Source of the DNA: the human T2T-CHM13v2.0 reference genome, Homo sapiens
Direction: 5' to 3' (one strand)
DNA: 64,000 bases
Assembly (NCBI RefSeq): GCF_009914755.1
Contig: NC_060926.1
In this document: one piece after another, positions 40,890 to 53,719 of the stretch
Numbering within the stretch: the first letter of the stretch is position 1
How the letters are laid out: each line of letters starts with the position of its first letter
Program-made: the position numbers and the translations under genes
Notes under the pieces: generated by a model
Seen by the model: only the letters and a program-made list of their open reading frames with translations
Database searches by the model: none
What the model was told of the DNA's origin: nothing

Positions 40890-41267
40890 CATATTAGTCA
40901 GCTTGAGCTGTCATAACAGAATAACACAGACTGAGCGGATTACACAACAGACGTTTATTTTCTCATAGTTCTGGAGGCTACAAGTCCAAGGTCAAGTGCT
41001 AGCAGAGTTAGTTTCTGGTGAGGCCTCTCTCCTTGTCTTGCAGATGGACATCTTCTCACTGTGTCCTCACATGGCCTTTGCTTTGTGTGTGCACATCCCC
41101 ATGTCTCTTCCTCTAAGGACACCAGTTGTAGCACGTTAGAGCCCCACACTTATGACCTAATTTAACCTTAATTACCTCCTTAAATGCCCTATCTCCAAAT
41201 ACAGTCACATTGGGAGTTAGGGGTTCAACATATGAAATTTGCAGGAGACATGGTTCAGTCCATAACA
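40890..41267 (-). mobile_element. MLT1A-type MaLR solo LTR
   Basis: tagttctggaggctacaagtccaag...tgtcctcacatggcc...cctatctccaaatacagtcacattggg...cagtccataaca; 5-bp TSD gttag/gttat. Confidence 0.9.
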
Positions 41268-41409
41268 GTTATTTTCAGTCAGGTTTCAAATCACATCTGA
41301 GTGTTCTATTAATCAAATTCCTAAGTCTAAAAAACTAAGGGAAACCTCCGAGTAGTGGGGCTTATGGTGGCTACCTCCAGACTCCACACCTCTCTGCTTG
41401 TTATGTGAC

Positions 41410-41830
41410 TGTTGGATCTTACTGCCCCCTTCCCACCTCACCTTGCCCTGCTGTACTCTTCTCTGTATTGTGCATGTACAGATGCAAACATGATCAAGAC
41501 TTCTTGGTCAGTGTGTTAATGTTGAATTCTGCTAATGGGAGGCAGTGAGAGGAGATTAGAAGGCAATGGGAAAGAAGAAGCCATTCTGCTTCCAGCTCTA
41601 GCAGAACAGCATCAACAGCAGGTGACTGCAGGCTCCAGCAACTTCTGTGATTCCTCCAATAGGTCAGCTAAGAAAGGGCACCAGCAATGCCCCAGTCTGT
41701 GGTTACCGCCACCTTATCCCTCTGGCTCCTCCAGCCCTTTCAACACCATCATAAAAATTCCTTGCATTAAATCCCTCTTTGCTTGAAACATCTACAGTAA
41801 TTTCCTTTTTCTAGGCTTGACAATGTTTGA
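41410..41830 (+). mobile_element. Old ERVL LTR (LTR33/LTR41-like)
   Basis: gctaatgggaggcagtgagaggagattagaagg...cattaaatccct...gcttgaaacatcta. Confidence 0.5.
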
Positions 41831-41949
41831 TGTGCACCCCATGGAGATGCCTTTGGAAAGGCAGCAAGCCTTCCTTGGGAAATACCTGGATTTGTTATTG
41901 TCAGTCTTCTGAAATAATAGTCTGGAATTATTTTCTAATAAATACTAAG

Positions 41950-42060
41950 CTTCTAGAGGACAGAGAGAGCATTTTATGTTCTGTGTTCCCCTAGGTAGTA
42001 TAACACCTAATGCATAGCACATGAAGAACATTTGTTGCTTGCATAAATAAATGAATGAAT
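41950..42060 (+). mobile_element. L2 tail
   Basis: catttgttg...ataaataaatgaatgaat. Confidence 0.55.
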
Positions 42061-42738
42061 GTTCACAGCTGTCTTTGTGAACATATAAAGAGCAGGGCAA
42101 AAATACAATTTTGTTTAGCAAAGTAATACTAGACACACTTACAAGAGTGAGGTTGCTTTTTAGCCAAGCATATTCGGATACACCCAAGCCTCAAAGAAAA
42201 CATTTTGTCATGATTTTGAAATGTCATCAACCTAAAATCTATTTACCTGCACCTACAAAGAGCCATAACCGAGTAGTGTTAATGTCTTTTCTATGTCTTC
42301 CAACATCTCTGGTTATAAAAGAATACATATATTCCTCAGAGCAATGGGTTGGAGGCCTCTCCTTCCCTCCGTGGGGAAGAAAACGGTCATGGAGTTGAAA
42401 GAAGACAGGAAATTAAGCATCCTTTTATTGACTGATAGTTATTGATACTAATCTTCCCTTCCCCCTCACATACACCCATCTCTAGCTAGTGAAACTACTT
42501 CTACTCAGTATCTGTAGAAATCTAAGTTGGCCTTAATAACTCTTTTTTTTTTTTTCAATTTTTTCTCACAGTTAGTAATGGCCTTTTCATGCTAGACAGA
42601 TTTTTAACCTTTCTAAAGATGTCAGTAAATTCTATTTTCTGATATACTTCGTTAACAGGCTGTATAATTTTCAAGAGAGTAACAAAACCGCACCATTGAA
42701 TAAAATCTCAAAGGCATATCCCCTCACATACACACAGT

Positions 42739-42764
42739 CACACACACACACACACACACACACA
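42739..42764. repeat. (CA)13 microsatellite
   Basis: Direct reading. Confidence 0.95.
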
Positions 42765-43312
42765 TACTCACTCACTCAGACACACACACCTGATCTAGAC
42801 ACCACTTTCTCCATCTCAATTTCTGCCTTTCTGATTCTGCCACTTCCCATCCCTGCTTTCATATATTAATGGTATTGCCAGAAGAAATGCAGAAAAATAG
42901 TAATGCCAAAAGGGCTCTCTTGCTTAGGCATTAGAAGATTTGGTTCCTAGCTTTCTTTGCCATGTAAATTTGAGTAGATTCCTAACTTCTCTGAGTTTAC
43001 ATTTTTTATGCTTTTCTCACCAGGTCATTGTGAGGTTTCAATGAGATAATGCCCCAGCAAGCTTTTCCACATCTAAATTCAAGATGTTTTCCGGTCAGCT
43101 TCGTTAAGCAACAAACAATGCAAAATATAATTTTTTGCAGCCTCATAAACATCCCGAGAACAGAGACTGTGTCAAATTCATTGTTATATTCCCTGCAGCA
43201 TCCAACGCACCAGCTCCCACACGGTAGGCATGCAAAGAATAACTGCAGAGTAGAGCACATCAAGGACAAATAACAAACACAGTAAGTTTCCTGTCGTTGA
43301 CAAGGCAGCTCC

Positions 43313-43626
43313 ATGGGTTTTCACCCTGGTTGTACCTTAGAATAACCTGGGGAACTGTTAAAAAACATATCAATGCCTAGGTCCCACCAGATCACTTGAA
43401 TCTCTGGGGTATAGGCTGCAGGGATCAGAGTAAAAACAGCCAGGGTTGGCAACCATCAGTTAAGAGCAGTGGCTGTCAAGCTTTGCCGCATGTTAGATGG
43501 AGTCACCTGGGGAGTCATTAAGGCCCATCCCTAGATGGAATAAATCAAGATCTCTGGGGGTGGGAACCAAACATTATTATTTTAAGATTCTTCAATATTT
43601 CCAAGGTGCAGTCAATGGAACACCAG
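43313..43626. mobile_element. Two adjacent MER5-family MITEs (~43313-43457 and ~43467-43626)
   Basis: ttagaataacctgggga...tgaatctctgggg...gggttggcaacca, then cagtggctgtcaagcttt...agtcacctgggga...atctctgggggtggga. Confidence 0.75.
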
Positions 43627-44289
43627 TTTAGGAAGGTGAAGATGTCAGTCTTTTCTTGATCTCCGTCCTCTTCTCAAAGGCTGAGGGACACATGATTGTT
43701 GGTAGCAGCAACTACCTTTCCTTAGCCACCATACCCAACAATTTTTAATCTGCAAACCCTGACCCCAAAGAAAAGAAATGTTAGATACAAACAATTTGGA
43801 TAAATACCTTTATCCGTATCTCCACTCTCAGGCTCATCATTCAAAATTAAGCTGCTTAAGCTGATCCTTCTTTTCATTAAGAAAACATTGTTGACTAAAG
43901 GTAGAAATATTAAATCTAGATTCCAAGTTAATGTACGTATATCATAAAACCTCAGAGTGAGGTCTTCACGTAGAGTTTCAGGGAAAGAACTTCAAATGGC
44001 AAGCCCAATGTTGCAGAAAACCATGACTCAGATGCCCCCAAACCCACGACCTCCTTTCTTCCCACTGCTCTCCATGTGCACCTAGCTCTCTTTTCAAAGT
44101 GCTACCAAATAGAATGTTTGAAACTCCAGTCCTCTTTGTATTGAAATCTTTTTATTCTGATTTATTAAGTCCATAGAAAGGAAAGCACTGGCTTTCTGTA
44201 TGCTTTAAACACGTACCTACAGCAGTCTCATTTTGGAAGATATATCAGCTCAATAACTTTCTCCTATTGATACAGCTATTTGTGGTATA

Positions 44290-44445
44290 AATGGGTAAGG
44301 GTGTGTTTGTGCATGCTTATGTGTATGTGTGTATGTGTTGAGTCTGCATCTGTGCATGTGTGTTCATGTGTGTATGAGCATGTGTGTACATGCGCATGAG
44401 TATATGAGTGTATGTGTGCATGTGTGTGTGTATTCACATGCACTC
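44290..44445. repeat. Degenerate (TG)n/(CATG) repeat
   Basis: Direct reading. Confidence 0.85.
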
Positions 44446-45054
44446 TGACAACAAAACCACCCCCACACAGAAAAGTGTTGTGTCCATTTTGAATATGAGT
44501 ATAAAAACATGCCAAATGATGTAATTTTCAACCATAAAAATTTTTTAAAATCCTACCAGCCCCCTGAAACTGATTTAGAAGAAGATTAAATGCTAACAAA
44601 TTTCCCAAATGTGGTATTCATCCTTGCCAGATAAATTAGTGGCTGGAAATAGTCTCAGAGAGACATGACAACAACCCTTTTCTTTCAAGTGGAGGAAAAT
44701 TCTGCATGATGTTGAAAACTGGTTTTAAAAAATTGTTTCCTACATTCATGCTCACTAAACGTCTCACTAATAATATTCAGTAGCTTCCGGTTGATGGTTT
44801 CAATGCCAGACAGGCCCCTAAGAATCACTTTCCCATGGGCCCCTCCTCAGATAAATGGCTATGGCCAACACAGAGAACTCAGGGAGCTGCACAAAGTCTG
44901 GGTCTGGAAATCTTGTCTATTTTTCAACATGCAGCTCAGTGAACTGGAGCAGTAAAAAAATTGCTATGAATCTGAACTAAGTTTCTTAGGAAGAGAGGTC
45001 AGAGAAGAGAGGTCAGAGAAAACTTCCAATATTCAGTAATTTCTCTCACTATTA

Positions 45055-45120
45055 AAACAAATTATTGAGATATAATTCGTATATCATATAATCCACCCTT
45101 TTAAGTATACAATTCAGCGT
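45055..45120 (-). mobile_element. Short L1M 3'-terminal fragment
   Basis: tattgagatataattc...cacccttttaagtatacaattcag. Confidence 0.7.
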
Positions 45121-45264
45121 CAACCCTTCTAATACCAATATTTATTCATTTGCTGCAGAAACTGGGGATTATGTCTCACTCTCAGTGGGGACACAAAGAA
45201 GTTTCCTCATCACTTCTTGAGGCCTCATCAAGCCAGCTGTCCCATGTCACCATCATCTTGGGTA

Positions 45265-45430
45265 GCAGCATCCTGGACAGGCCTGAGTTCACATTCTCCA
45301 ACTGCCACTTACAAGTTCTGTGACCTTGAGCAACTTATTTCACATTTCTTTGCTCTAGTTTCCTCACTGATAAAATTAAGATAATAATAAAAATCCCCTT
45401 AACAACGTAACTCTGGGGATTAAAATGATT
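45265..45430 (+). mobile_element. MIR
   Basis: ctgtgaccttgagcaacttattt...agtttcctcactgataaaat. Confidence 0.8.
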
Positions 45431-45557
45431 CCTGTTTTAAAATACCGGAGTAGATACTCTGTTGGTATAATCACTCAAAAGAGTTCCATTCATTCAAAAT
45501 TAAGTAATATATATTCTATACCTATTTTGTCCCAGGCCCTGTGTTAGGCCCTGAAGA

Positions 45558-45749
45558 TTGAAAGAAAAACAAAAGAAGAAGGGAGGAACAGAGAAAGGGA
45601 ATGAGGAAGGAAGGAAGGAAGGAAGGAAGGAAGGAAGGAAGGAAGGAAGGAAGGAAGGAAGGAAGAAAGGAAAGGAGGGAGGGAAGGAGGGAGGGAGGGA
45701 AGGAGGGAGGGAGGGAAGGAGGGAGGGAGGGAAGGAGGGAGGGAGGGAA
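45558..45749 (+). repeat. Polypurine tract with (GGAA)15 followed by GGGA/GGA repeats
   Basis: (GGAA)15 at 45605-45664, counted directly. Confidence 0.95.
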
Positions 45750-47097
45750 TACATGTCCTCAAATTTCAAGGAGACCTAAAATGTAAGAGAGGGAGATTTA
45801 TATATTGATTAGTAAAATGCAAGATAAAATAAACATGTGAATGAACAAATGAACGAGTACATGATTTGAGCAAGGAGGATTCACTTTTTATTGAGCTAAC
45901 CCTGGAGGACTTGCCTTTATTGTCATTCCTGGTGTTGCCAGCTGATTTCCAGACACAAACTATTGCTACATCTTCAATGTATGAACTAAGAATGAAGAAA
46001 CAGAATTGCATGGGCTTAGACCAGGGTAAGCGTTTTAGCTCTGGCTGCTCTTCTCAAACCATCTGTTCCTTCTCTCCCACTCTTCCTTTGTAAAGATCTC
46101 CCCCTGCACCACCACTCTTTCTTTCTTTCCTCTGACTCTTCTCCATTTATTGCCTTAAGGAAGATTTATAATACATTACATAAAACGTCTACATGTTGCC
46201 TGTGAACTCCTAAAGGGAAGGTCGGTATAGAAACAAAACAGATAAATACATTTTATAAATAAATAAATAAAATGTACACATAACCCCAGTGGATTGGAAG
46301 AATATTTAGATAAGTGGCTAGGGAAAAGAATTTTCACACTGTGTCATCTGCTAACATTAATGAGTGAATTAAATTAGAAAAATTCCACTGCCAAAAGCAA
46401 AAACATCCAAATATGTGGGATGCTGGGGGAATTATAGACCATGCTACTAAATGCATTCTGTTCAAGCTTACTTTTTTTTTTTCTTTGAGCAGGCTGTGGA
46501 GAGCTACACTTAAAAAGCCATCCAATTTCAAGACAGTATTTTCCATCTGGGGCCAGTTGGGTAGAATATGCTCTAAACTCTGCAAAGCCTGCTGAGAGAC
46601 AACACAACTTGTTAAGAAAACTGTTTATGAAAAGGGATGTTTTTTGAAAATCCAGCAAAAGGTTTAACTATGATGTCCCCACACATTGCAGAATTCATTA
46701 TTCTCCATTGAATGTCTTTGTGCACAAGTGAAACACCAAAATGACTCAGGAAATGAGTGCAGTACAATAAATTGGAAGCCAGTACATTTTTGCTAAGGCC
46801 CTAGCTGGTAATTAGAATATTTCCAATTACCTAGGAGCTTTTTTTTCCACTTTAAGAGGTTATTCATTCTTCATGTATAGTAATCTCCCTCCACCCACCC
46901 ACCCCCCAAAATAATCCCGATGTGAAATGCTAAAAGCCAAATCAAGATTAAGAGATTAAACTTTAAAACCAATTAACATACTGAAAACAATAGGAAGAAT
47001 TTTTAGTGAACCAGAAAATATAGAATGACATTAAAGATGTCCTAAGTAATAATGGCTGCCAAAATGAAATGTATGAGAAAAATCTCTAAGATGTTTA

Positions 47098-47495
<398 letters not shown>

Positions 47496-47557
47496 AGACA
47501 GTAAACTAGTCAATGACCACCCACTAAAATGGATAGCTAGAAAGTAGAGTTAGGTTT

Positions 47558-47655
47558 TACACACACATATATGTGTGTATACAGACATATATATATATTT
47601 ATACTATGCATACATATACACATAAATACATACATGTGTATATACACACACATAT
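47558..47655. repeat. Mixed (CA)/(TA) low-complexity repeat
   Basis: Direct reading. Confidence 0.8.
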
Positions 47656-47819
47656 AGTCATTTCTTTTCTTCTGCTTAGAATTTCCACCTAGTTTTGAGC
47701 AATAAAAATCAAAACTTCAATTACTGGGCCTTTTTTTTTTCCCATGTGTAGGTTGTTTCTTTTTATTCAGGCTTTGAAGGCTCAGGAATAAAAGGAGTTC
47801 TATGGATATTTGGACAGAC

Positions 47820-47965
47820 CAGTGCTTCTCAAATGCATGCATGGGAATCACTGGCAGATCTCGTTAAAATACAGATTCTGATATAATAAGGCTACAGAGG
47901 AGCCTGAGAGTCTGCATTTCTAACAAGCTGATGCTTCTGGCCTGTGGGTTGTACTTCAATAGCAA
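47820..47965. mobile_element. MER5A
   Basis: cagtgcttctcaaa...gttaaaatacagattctga...gcctgagagtctgcatttctaacaagct. Confidence 0.85.
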
Positions 47966-49969
47966 AGGATCTGAAACTTAAAACAGAGAACTTATCTATG
48001 TACATGTAATAGCGGAATTCCAAGCATTTTCTCATAAAGCTATGCACAGCCAGCCAGTTCTTATGATGACTTAGTTCTTTGCAGAATCCAAGACAACTAT
48101 GGCTTAGGTTTTGCCCCATGATTCTCGTGTTACCCTTCACTCAGGACATTTGGAATCCTAGAATCTTAGGTTTAAATGATGCCTTCCTGGCCCCCTCTTC
48201 ACCTACCCATCAGTACGGTTACTGCTTCTAAGACAGGCCTCACTAGGGCTTGCCCATCTCTTCTTGCCGCTTCCAGTGACAAATGGGTCACATTGTCTTT
48301 CGGAAGAGCCCCTTTCACATTTGGCTGTCTCGAATGCCTAGAAAGTTTCAATTTGTCTCTTGGATTTTCACCTACTAGCCATAGCTCTGTTCCCTAGAGC
48401 AAATATAATTTTTCTCTTACTCAAGGAAAAAAATCCCAAGTTTCTTCCACATTTTCTCTTGTGAGAAAGTTTCCACAGCCCATACCCTCCTAGTTACAGC
48501 CTTTGAAATGTTGTAGAACTTGGCCAATCTATGAGATAATTTTTTTTTATTTTGTAAAAAACATACCATATTAAATGCATTTATTTTCTTTGTAAAAGAT
48601 ATAAGCTATAACAAATGTATATAGAGTATAATATGAAAATTGTATACTTTTACTCTCCCTCTTTCTACTCTTCTCCGCAGAGATGCTTTTAACAGTTTTT
48701 CTATTTGTTTACCTATATACATATATATTGATTTTTCTCTTTCTATATAAGTGGCATTGACATCTATTGTTCCGTGACTGCATTTGTTCACCTGATATAT
48801 TCAACACCTGGGCCTAGTTCAGTTTTTACAGCTTCATAGTACTATAAAACAGATTATCAATAAATTGCTTATTAACTTATGGGTAGAAATTTAGATAGTT
48901 GTTTGTGTTTTCTGATTCTAGACCATCCCACCATGAGCAAGTCTATGTATCTGTTGTGCCTGTGTGAGTTTCTCTATAAAGCATAGATCTCAAAAGATGG
49001 AATTATAGTGTAAAATTTTAAATTTGGTTAGAAATTGACTAATTGCCTTCCAAAAATATTTAAGAATATGTAAGACTACCTGTTTTCCATAGAGTTATCA
49101 TAGCTGAACAGAACCAATCATAAAGCTTTTACAAATTTGTTGGTAAAATAAGTGACTTCATTGTCTGAATTTATAATCCATGATTATTGGTGAAGCTGGG
49201 CATCTTTGTTTTATGTGTGGTTATCTGAACTATTTTTCTCTGGATTGCCTACTTAAATTATTTGCTCATTCTCCTATTGCCTCTTCCTTTTTGAGCTCTG
49301 AATACATTTTGAATATTAACTCCTTATTAAGAGACATTGCAAATATTTTCCCCCCAGTCTACCTCTTGTCTCTTCACTTTGTTATGGTATAGAATGTTAT
49401 AATTAATTTGCAGTCAAATGCATCAATCCTTTATGCGTTCTAAATTAAAAGACCATTTTCCATATGTCTTCCTAATATTTTTATGGTACCATCTGAAGAT
49501 AATTTTGTCTTGTAAACCTACGTAAAGCATAGGTTTAACTTTATTTTTAAAAGAATATAAATTCATTGATTCTGTGATTAAAGTATTCCTCCCACGGATT
49601 TGAAATGCCCCCAATCATAACAAAAGTCAACATATGCACAATCCTTTTCCTTGACCCTCAAGTAAAAAAAAAAATAAGCTAATCTATGCACCTGTCCTTG
49701 TGCCAATATCACACTGCTTTAATTATGAGCTTTTAGTAAATTTTGATGTCATATAGGCCAGACTTCCCATGTTGTCTGTTTGGAATTTTTCTTGGCCATT
49801 TGTGTTCATTTTTGTCTTCCATATCAACTTGAGAATCAGCTCATCAGGTCCAACAAAAAGTACCATATAGGTTTTTATTAAATTGGATTGAATTTACATT
49901 TACAGATTATTTAGGAGAGAATTTACATCATTATATTCTTGAGTCTTTCCATTCAGCGACATGAAATGG

Positions 49970-50485
49970 GTAGTAGATTGTTTAATGGCAACAAATTCCT
50001 CCCTTCCTATGATGCCCAACTCTCTTTTGAAATGTGTCTTTTATGCTCTTCTAGCTTAAGGATGGTGCTCATTTCTCCACCCCTTGAATCTGGTAGGGCT
50101 TATGAACCTTTTGACCAATAGAATGTGGCAAAAGGGAAACTGAGTTCTAGCACTAGGCTTTAAGAGGTCTTGAAGCTTCCATTCCCTCTCTATGAACCCT
50201 CAGGCTATCATACTGAGAAGAAGCCCAGTCTAGCCCACAAGAGGGTGACAGCCACTGGAGGAGAGGTGACAGCCACACCAACTGCCAGATACCTGGTCAA
50301 GGCCACTGTGAACCCACCAGCTATAGTCAAATACTGAGATAAACAGAGGCTGATGAGTGATTCTAGGTGAGAACAACAAAAGAAATACACAGGTGGTCAT
50401 CCCATGGAATCAGGAGGAAAATCAGTCATTGTTTTAAGTAACCAACTTATTGGGGTGGTATTTTGGGCAGCAATAGATAATTAAT
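49970..50485 (+). mobile_element. MLT1 (H/G-like) MaLR solo LTR
   Basis: tttctccaccccttgaatctgg...tttgaccaatagaatgtggc...aagcccagtctagcc...ttggggtggt...gcagcaatagataa; TSD-like atggg/ttggg. Confidence 0.85.
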
Positions 50486-50720
50486 TTGGGTCACTGTGTT
50501 GTTCACATCCTTCAGTAAAGGATGTGAAGATTGAAAGAAAAAAAAGGAAGAAGGGAGGAATGGTGAAAGGGAATGAGGAAGGAAGGAAGGAAAGAAGGAA
50601 AGAATGTAAACAGCACAATGACCCAAATTAATAAATATTTTATTAATAACTTATTTATTAATAGTTATTGCATTAATAAATTACTTCAATCATTAATTTA
50701 TTGAATTAATAAGCTAATTC
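50480..50720. other. Foldback inversion with templated insertion (complex repair scar)
   Basis: 29-bp inverted repeat 50480-50508/50604-50632; 11-bp hairpin 50502-50528; 50525-50603 matches 45552-45631. Confidence 0.85.
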
Positions 50721-51179
50721 AATAGCCTTTGGGCATAATTTCTTTAGATACTAAGTATGTTTTATTACTCTTGAGAATTATTTACATTTTTTTCTACTTA
50801 CTTTTTCTAATTGGTTATAGGCAGTGCCAGAAATAAGCCTATTGATTAATAAACTTTAAACTTCTTCTTAGGTAACTTTCTGAGCACTCTTTCTGGTTCT
50901 AAATGTGCTTATTTTTTTCTACTGGATTTTTTTACATAGAAAATTGCAACGTTTTTGGCTTTTCCTGTCCGATACTTACAAGTCTTGTTTCATTTTCTGG
51001 TCATAGAGCATTGACCAGGGAAGCAAGTTTTTAGCAGAAACTTTTGCTCCTGACTTCAGTAGAATTAGTAGTAATGTTTTTATCCATAAGAATGGGATTG
51101 ATTTCTTTGTAGCTACCAATTACCAGATTGAGGAATTTTTTTATACATTCTTGAATCTCTATAGTGCTTTAAAATGTTT

Positions 51180-51890
51180 CATTTTTAAAAAGTTAAACAT
51201 ACTGAAAAGTACATAAAGCAACAGAGATTCATGTACCTACTACCCTGTATTTAACACAGATTAATCTTGTGCCATATTTGCTTTAATCTTTCCTCTCTTT
51301 TAAGTAATAAAAGCACTGTAGATGTAGTTGTAGCCCCATTCCCCTATTCTATCCTACCTTCTCTCCAGCAATAGCCACTCCCCTGTAGTAGGAAAGCATT
51401 CTTGCTGTGCATAAATTATATTTCTACTGTGTATGCATAAACCTAGAACGATATACAGCACTGTTTTATGTGTGTTTTAGTTTATGTACATATGATAGTC
51501 TACTTTCTATATTCAGTTGTAATTGTTTTTCACTTAATGTTATAGCAGCAAGATTTATCCATGCTGATAAGAGAATTCTAGTTTATTTTTAAATACTTTA
51601 GGAATCCTATTGAATGGACTTAAAACGGTTTACCCCAATTCCAAAAGAATGGGTATTAGTTGTCTTACATTTTTTACCATTTTCACATTGCAAACAGTAA
51701 TGTTGTGAACATTCTTGTTCTGGCATCCTTGGATCAGAGGCAGAAGATTCTTTCTCATATGGGGAAATCCTTGGGTCACAGGTTGTGCACATGTTTGAGT
51801 GAGAAGGCAGTGCCAAATTGCTCCCCAAAAATGACTGTACTGTAGCAATTTATACTTATATCACCCATGTTAAAAGTTCTTGTTTTTCTC
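51180..51890 (-). mobile_element. L1ME-type 3' end
   Basis: aagatttatccatgctga...ttgcaaacagtaatgttgtgaacattcttgt...tgccaaattgctcccc. Confidence 0.7.
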
Positions 51891-52533
51891 TTTTATTGAA
51901 AATAAATGCTCGGTTATTTGGGTAGTTGGATCAGATGGGCTCTGGCAGTGCTAGATGAAAGCCAGTGCCCCCACCCTGACTGGATTACTGTTTCCTTTAC
52001 ACATTTATTCAGGGTTCCTCCTATAAGAAGGAGCTACATTTGACAGGAAAATATCAGGCCAGGCATTAGTCTTTCTGAGTTCTTCCTTTATTTCAGTATA
52101 TATGTAATTTTTATTGCCTGCCTGCCACCCAGAATTCTTTAATTTTTCCCCCTAATTTCACCCCCTTCACTATGAAATTTTAATACCACAGATTTACCGA
52201 ATATCTGTTTATGTACAGATATGTGTGGCTTCTGAAAGGCCATGGACTATTATGATATTTTAGTATTTTTCATTGTCCCAAGAACCAATGCTCACCTTCA
52301 TTGAGAATGTTTCTAAGATCCAAAATACTTGCAGGTTCATAATTTTTCAGAGGCTAGGGGGAGGTGGAGCACAATTCAACTTGATTCTCTTACATAATCA
52401 GCAGGGCTTGTGGCTCTTTTGATCAAAGAATGTGGTAATAGTGACAATGAGTTCTGAATTATTTCACTAGGGGCACACTCATTTAAAGAAGTACCTTATG
52501 GGGAAAATAAAGAGCTGAGTAATTGGGCTAAGT

Positions 52534-52822
52534 CAGAGATTGCAAACCCAAATGACTAATATGTTGGGAAGGTAACGTAAATGCGTGAAGCCGCCCCTGG
52601 GAGCTGTGCCCATCTGGGCAGGACCCATGCAAAAAGGGCAGCTGGCATCCAATTGCAGCTAAAAACCACCATGCAGAAAGGAAGGTTCACTTTACCAAAC
52701 TCTTCAGTTTTTCGAGAGTCAGAAATCCAGATCATCTATGTAAAATCTCTCAATGTTTGAAGATTAGTTCGGTTTTTAAAAAGTAGTTCACAAACCAATA
52801 TCTCTGAGAAGTGTGCAACCTA
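52534..52822. mobile_element. MER102 (hAT-Charlie)
   Basis: cagagattgcaaac...ggtaacgtaaatgcgtgaagc...cagaaatccagat...tatgtaaaatctc. Confidence 0.8.
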
Positions 52823-53719
52823 TAGACTACACTTTGATTACATGAGTTCTTATAAACCTTCCTCTTTCTCTAAAGTTTGATAGTTATTTTTAAAGTTTGA
52901 ATTAATGTAAAACCCCAAGAAGAAGAGAAGATTGAAGTCTCAAATATGAACACAAAAAAACTAGGTACAGGAAAGGGGAAGGCAGCCTAATTTAATTTCC
53001 CATCACCTGCCTGTGCAAATGGAAGAAACTCTAACTTTCTATTCAAAGATGATTTACTCTTCTTTTACATGAAGTCAAAATGTGGAAGCAATTATCATAA
53101 GTTATAGAAATAAGTTCTGAAAGCACAAAGGTTTTTTCTTCTTACATTAAAATTAAAATTAAAATATTACTTGGGTTACTGAATAATTTTTAGATATTCA
53201 TATATGACATTGCAGCCCAGAAATTTGAAAGTCTCTCCTTCAAAGACAATTTTATTTATTTCTTTAATTTAATAGATTACCTAAGGTATGTAAGTACATG
53301 CCTCTGTAATCTTTCAGTTGTCTATATGTCTTTCTTTCTTGTTAGTTTTATTATTTGTCTCCTACACACACACAAAAAATAAAATTCAGGTCACATATGG
53401 ATATTTTGACCTGGATTGGATATTTGACCAATTATCTGAATTATGACCACATCTATACGTCACATTTTGCTGTGTAGATGGTTTCAGTGGAGGTTAGAAA
53501 AATGTTGATCCATTTTGGAAATTAAAATATAAGGTGTGTATTTTTGGTTCCATAACTACCTGTATACCTTCTGACAAATTAATTTCTCTAGTCCTCAATT
53601 TCTTAACCTCACATATAGAGAAAAATGAAGTAAGCAATCTCTAAGATCCCTTTGGCCTTAAAATATTTTGATCAATATCACAATTTTAAAAGAATTTAAT
53701 GCCTTTAAATTCATTGCAT

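Larger units (their letters stand above)
48560..51140 (-). mobile_element. Old L1M (MD/ME-type), interrupted by an MLT1 LTR and a rearrangement scar
   Basis: ttgcaaatattttccccca, cacactgctttaatta, aattggattgaattta...tttaggagagaatttacatc; resumes after ~50720. Confidence 0.7.
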
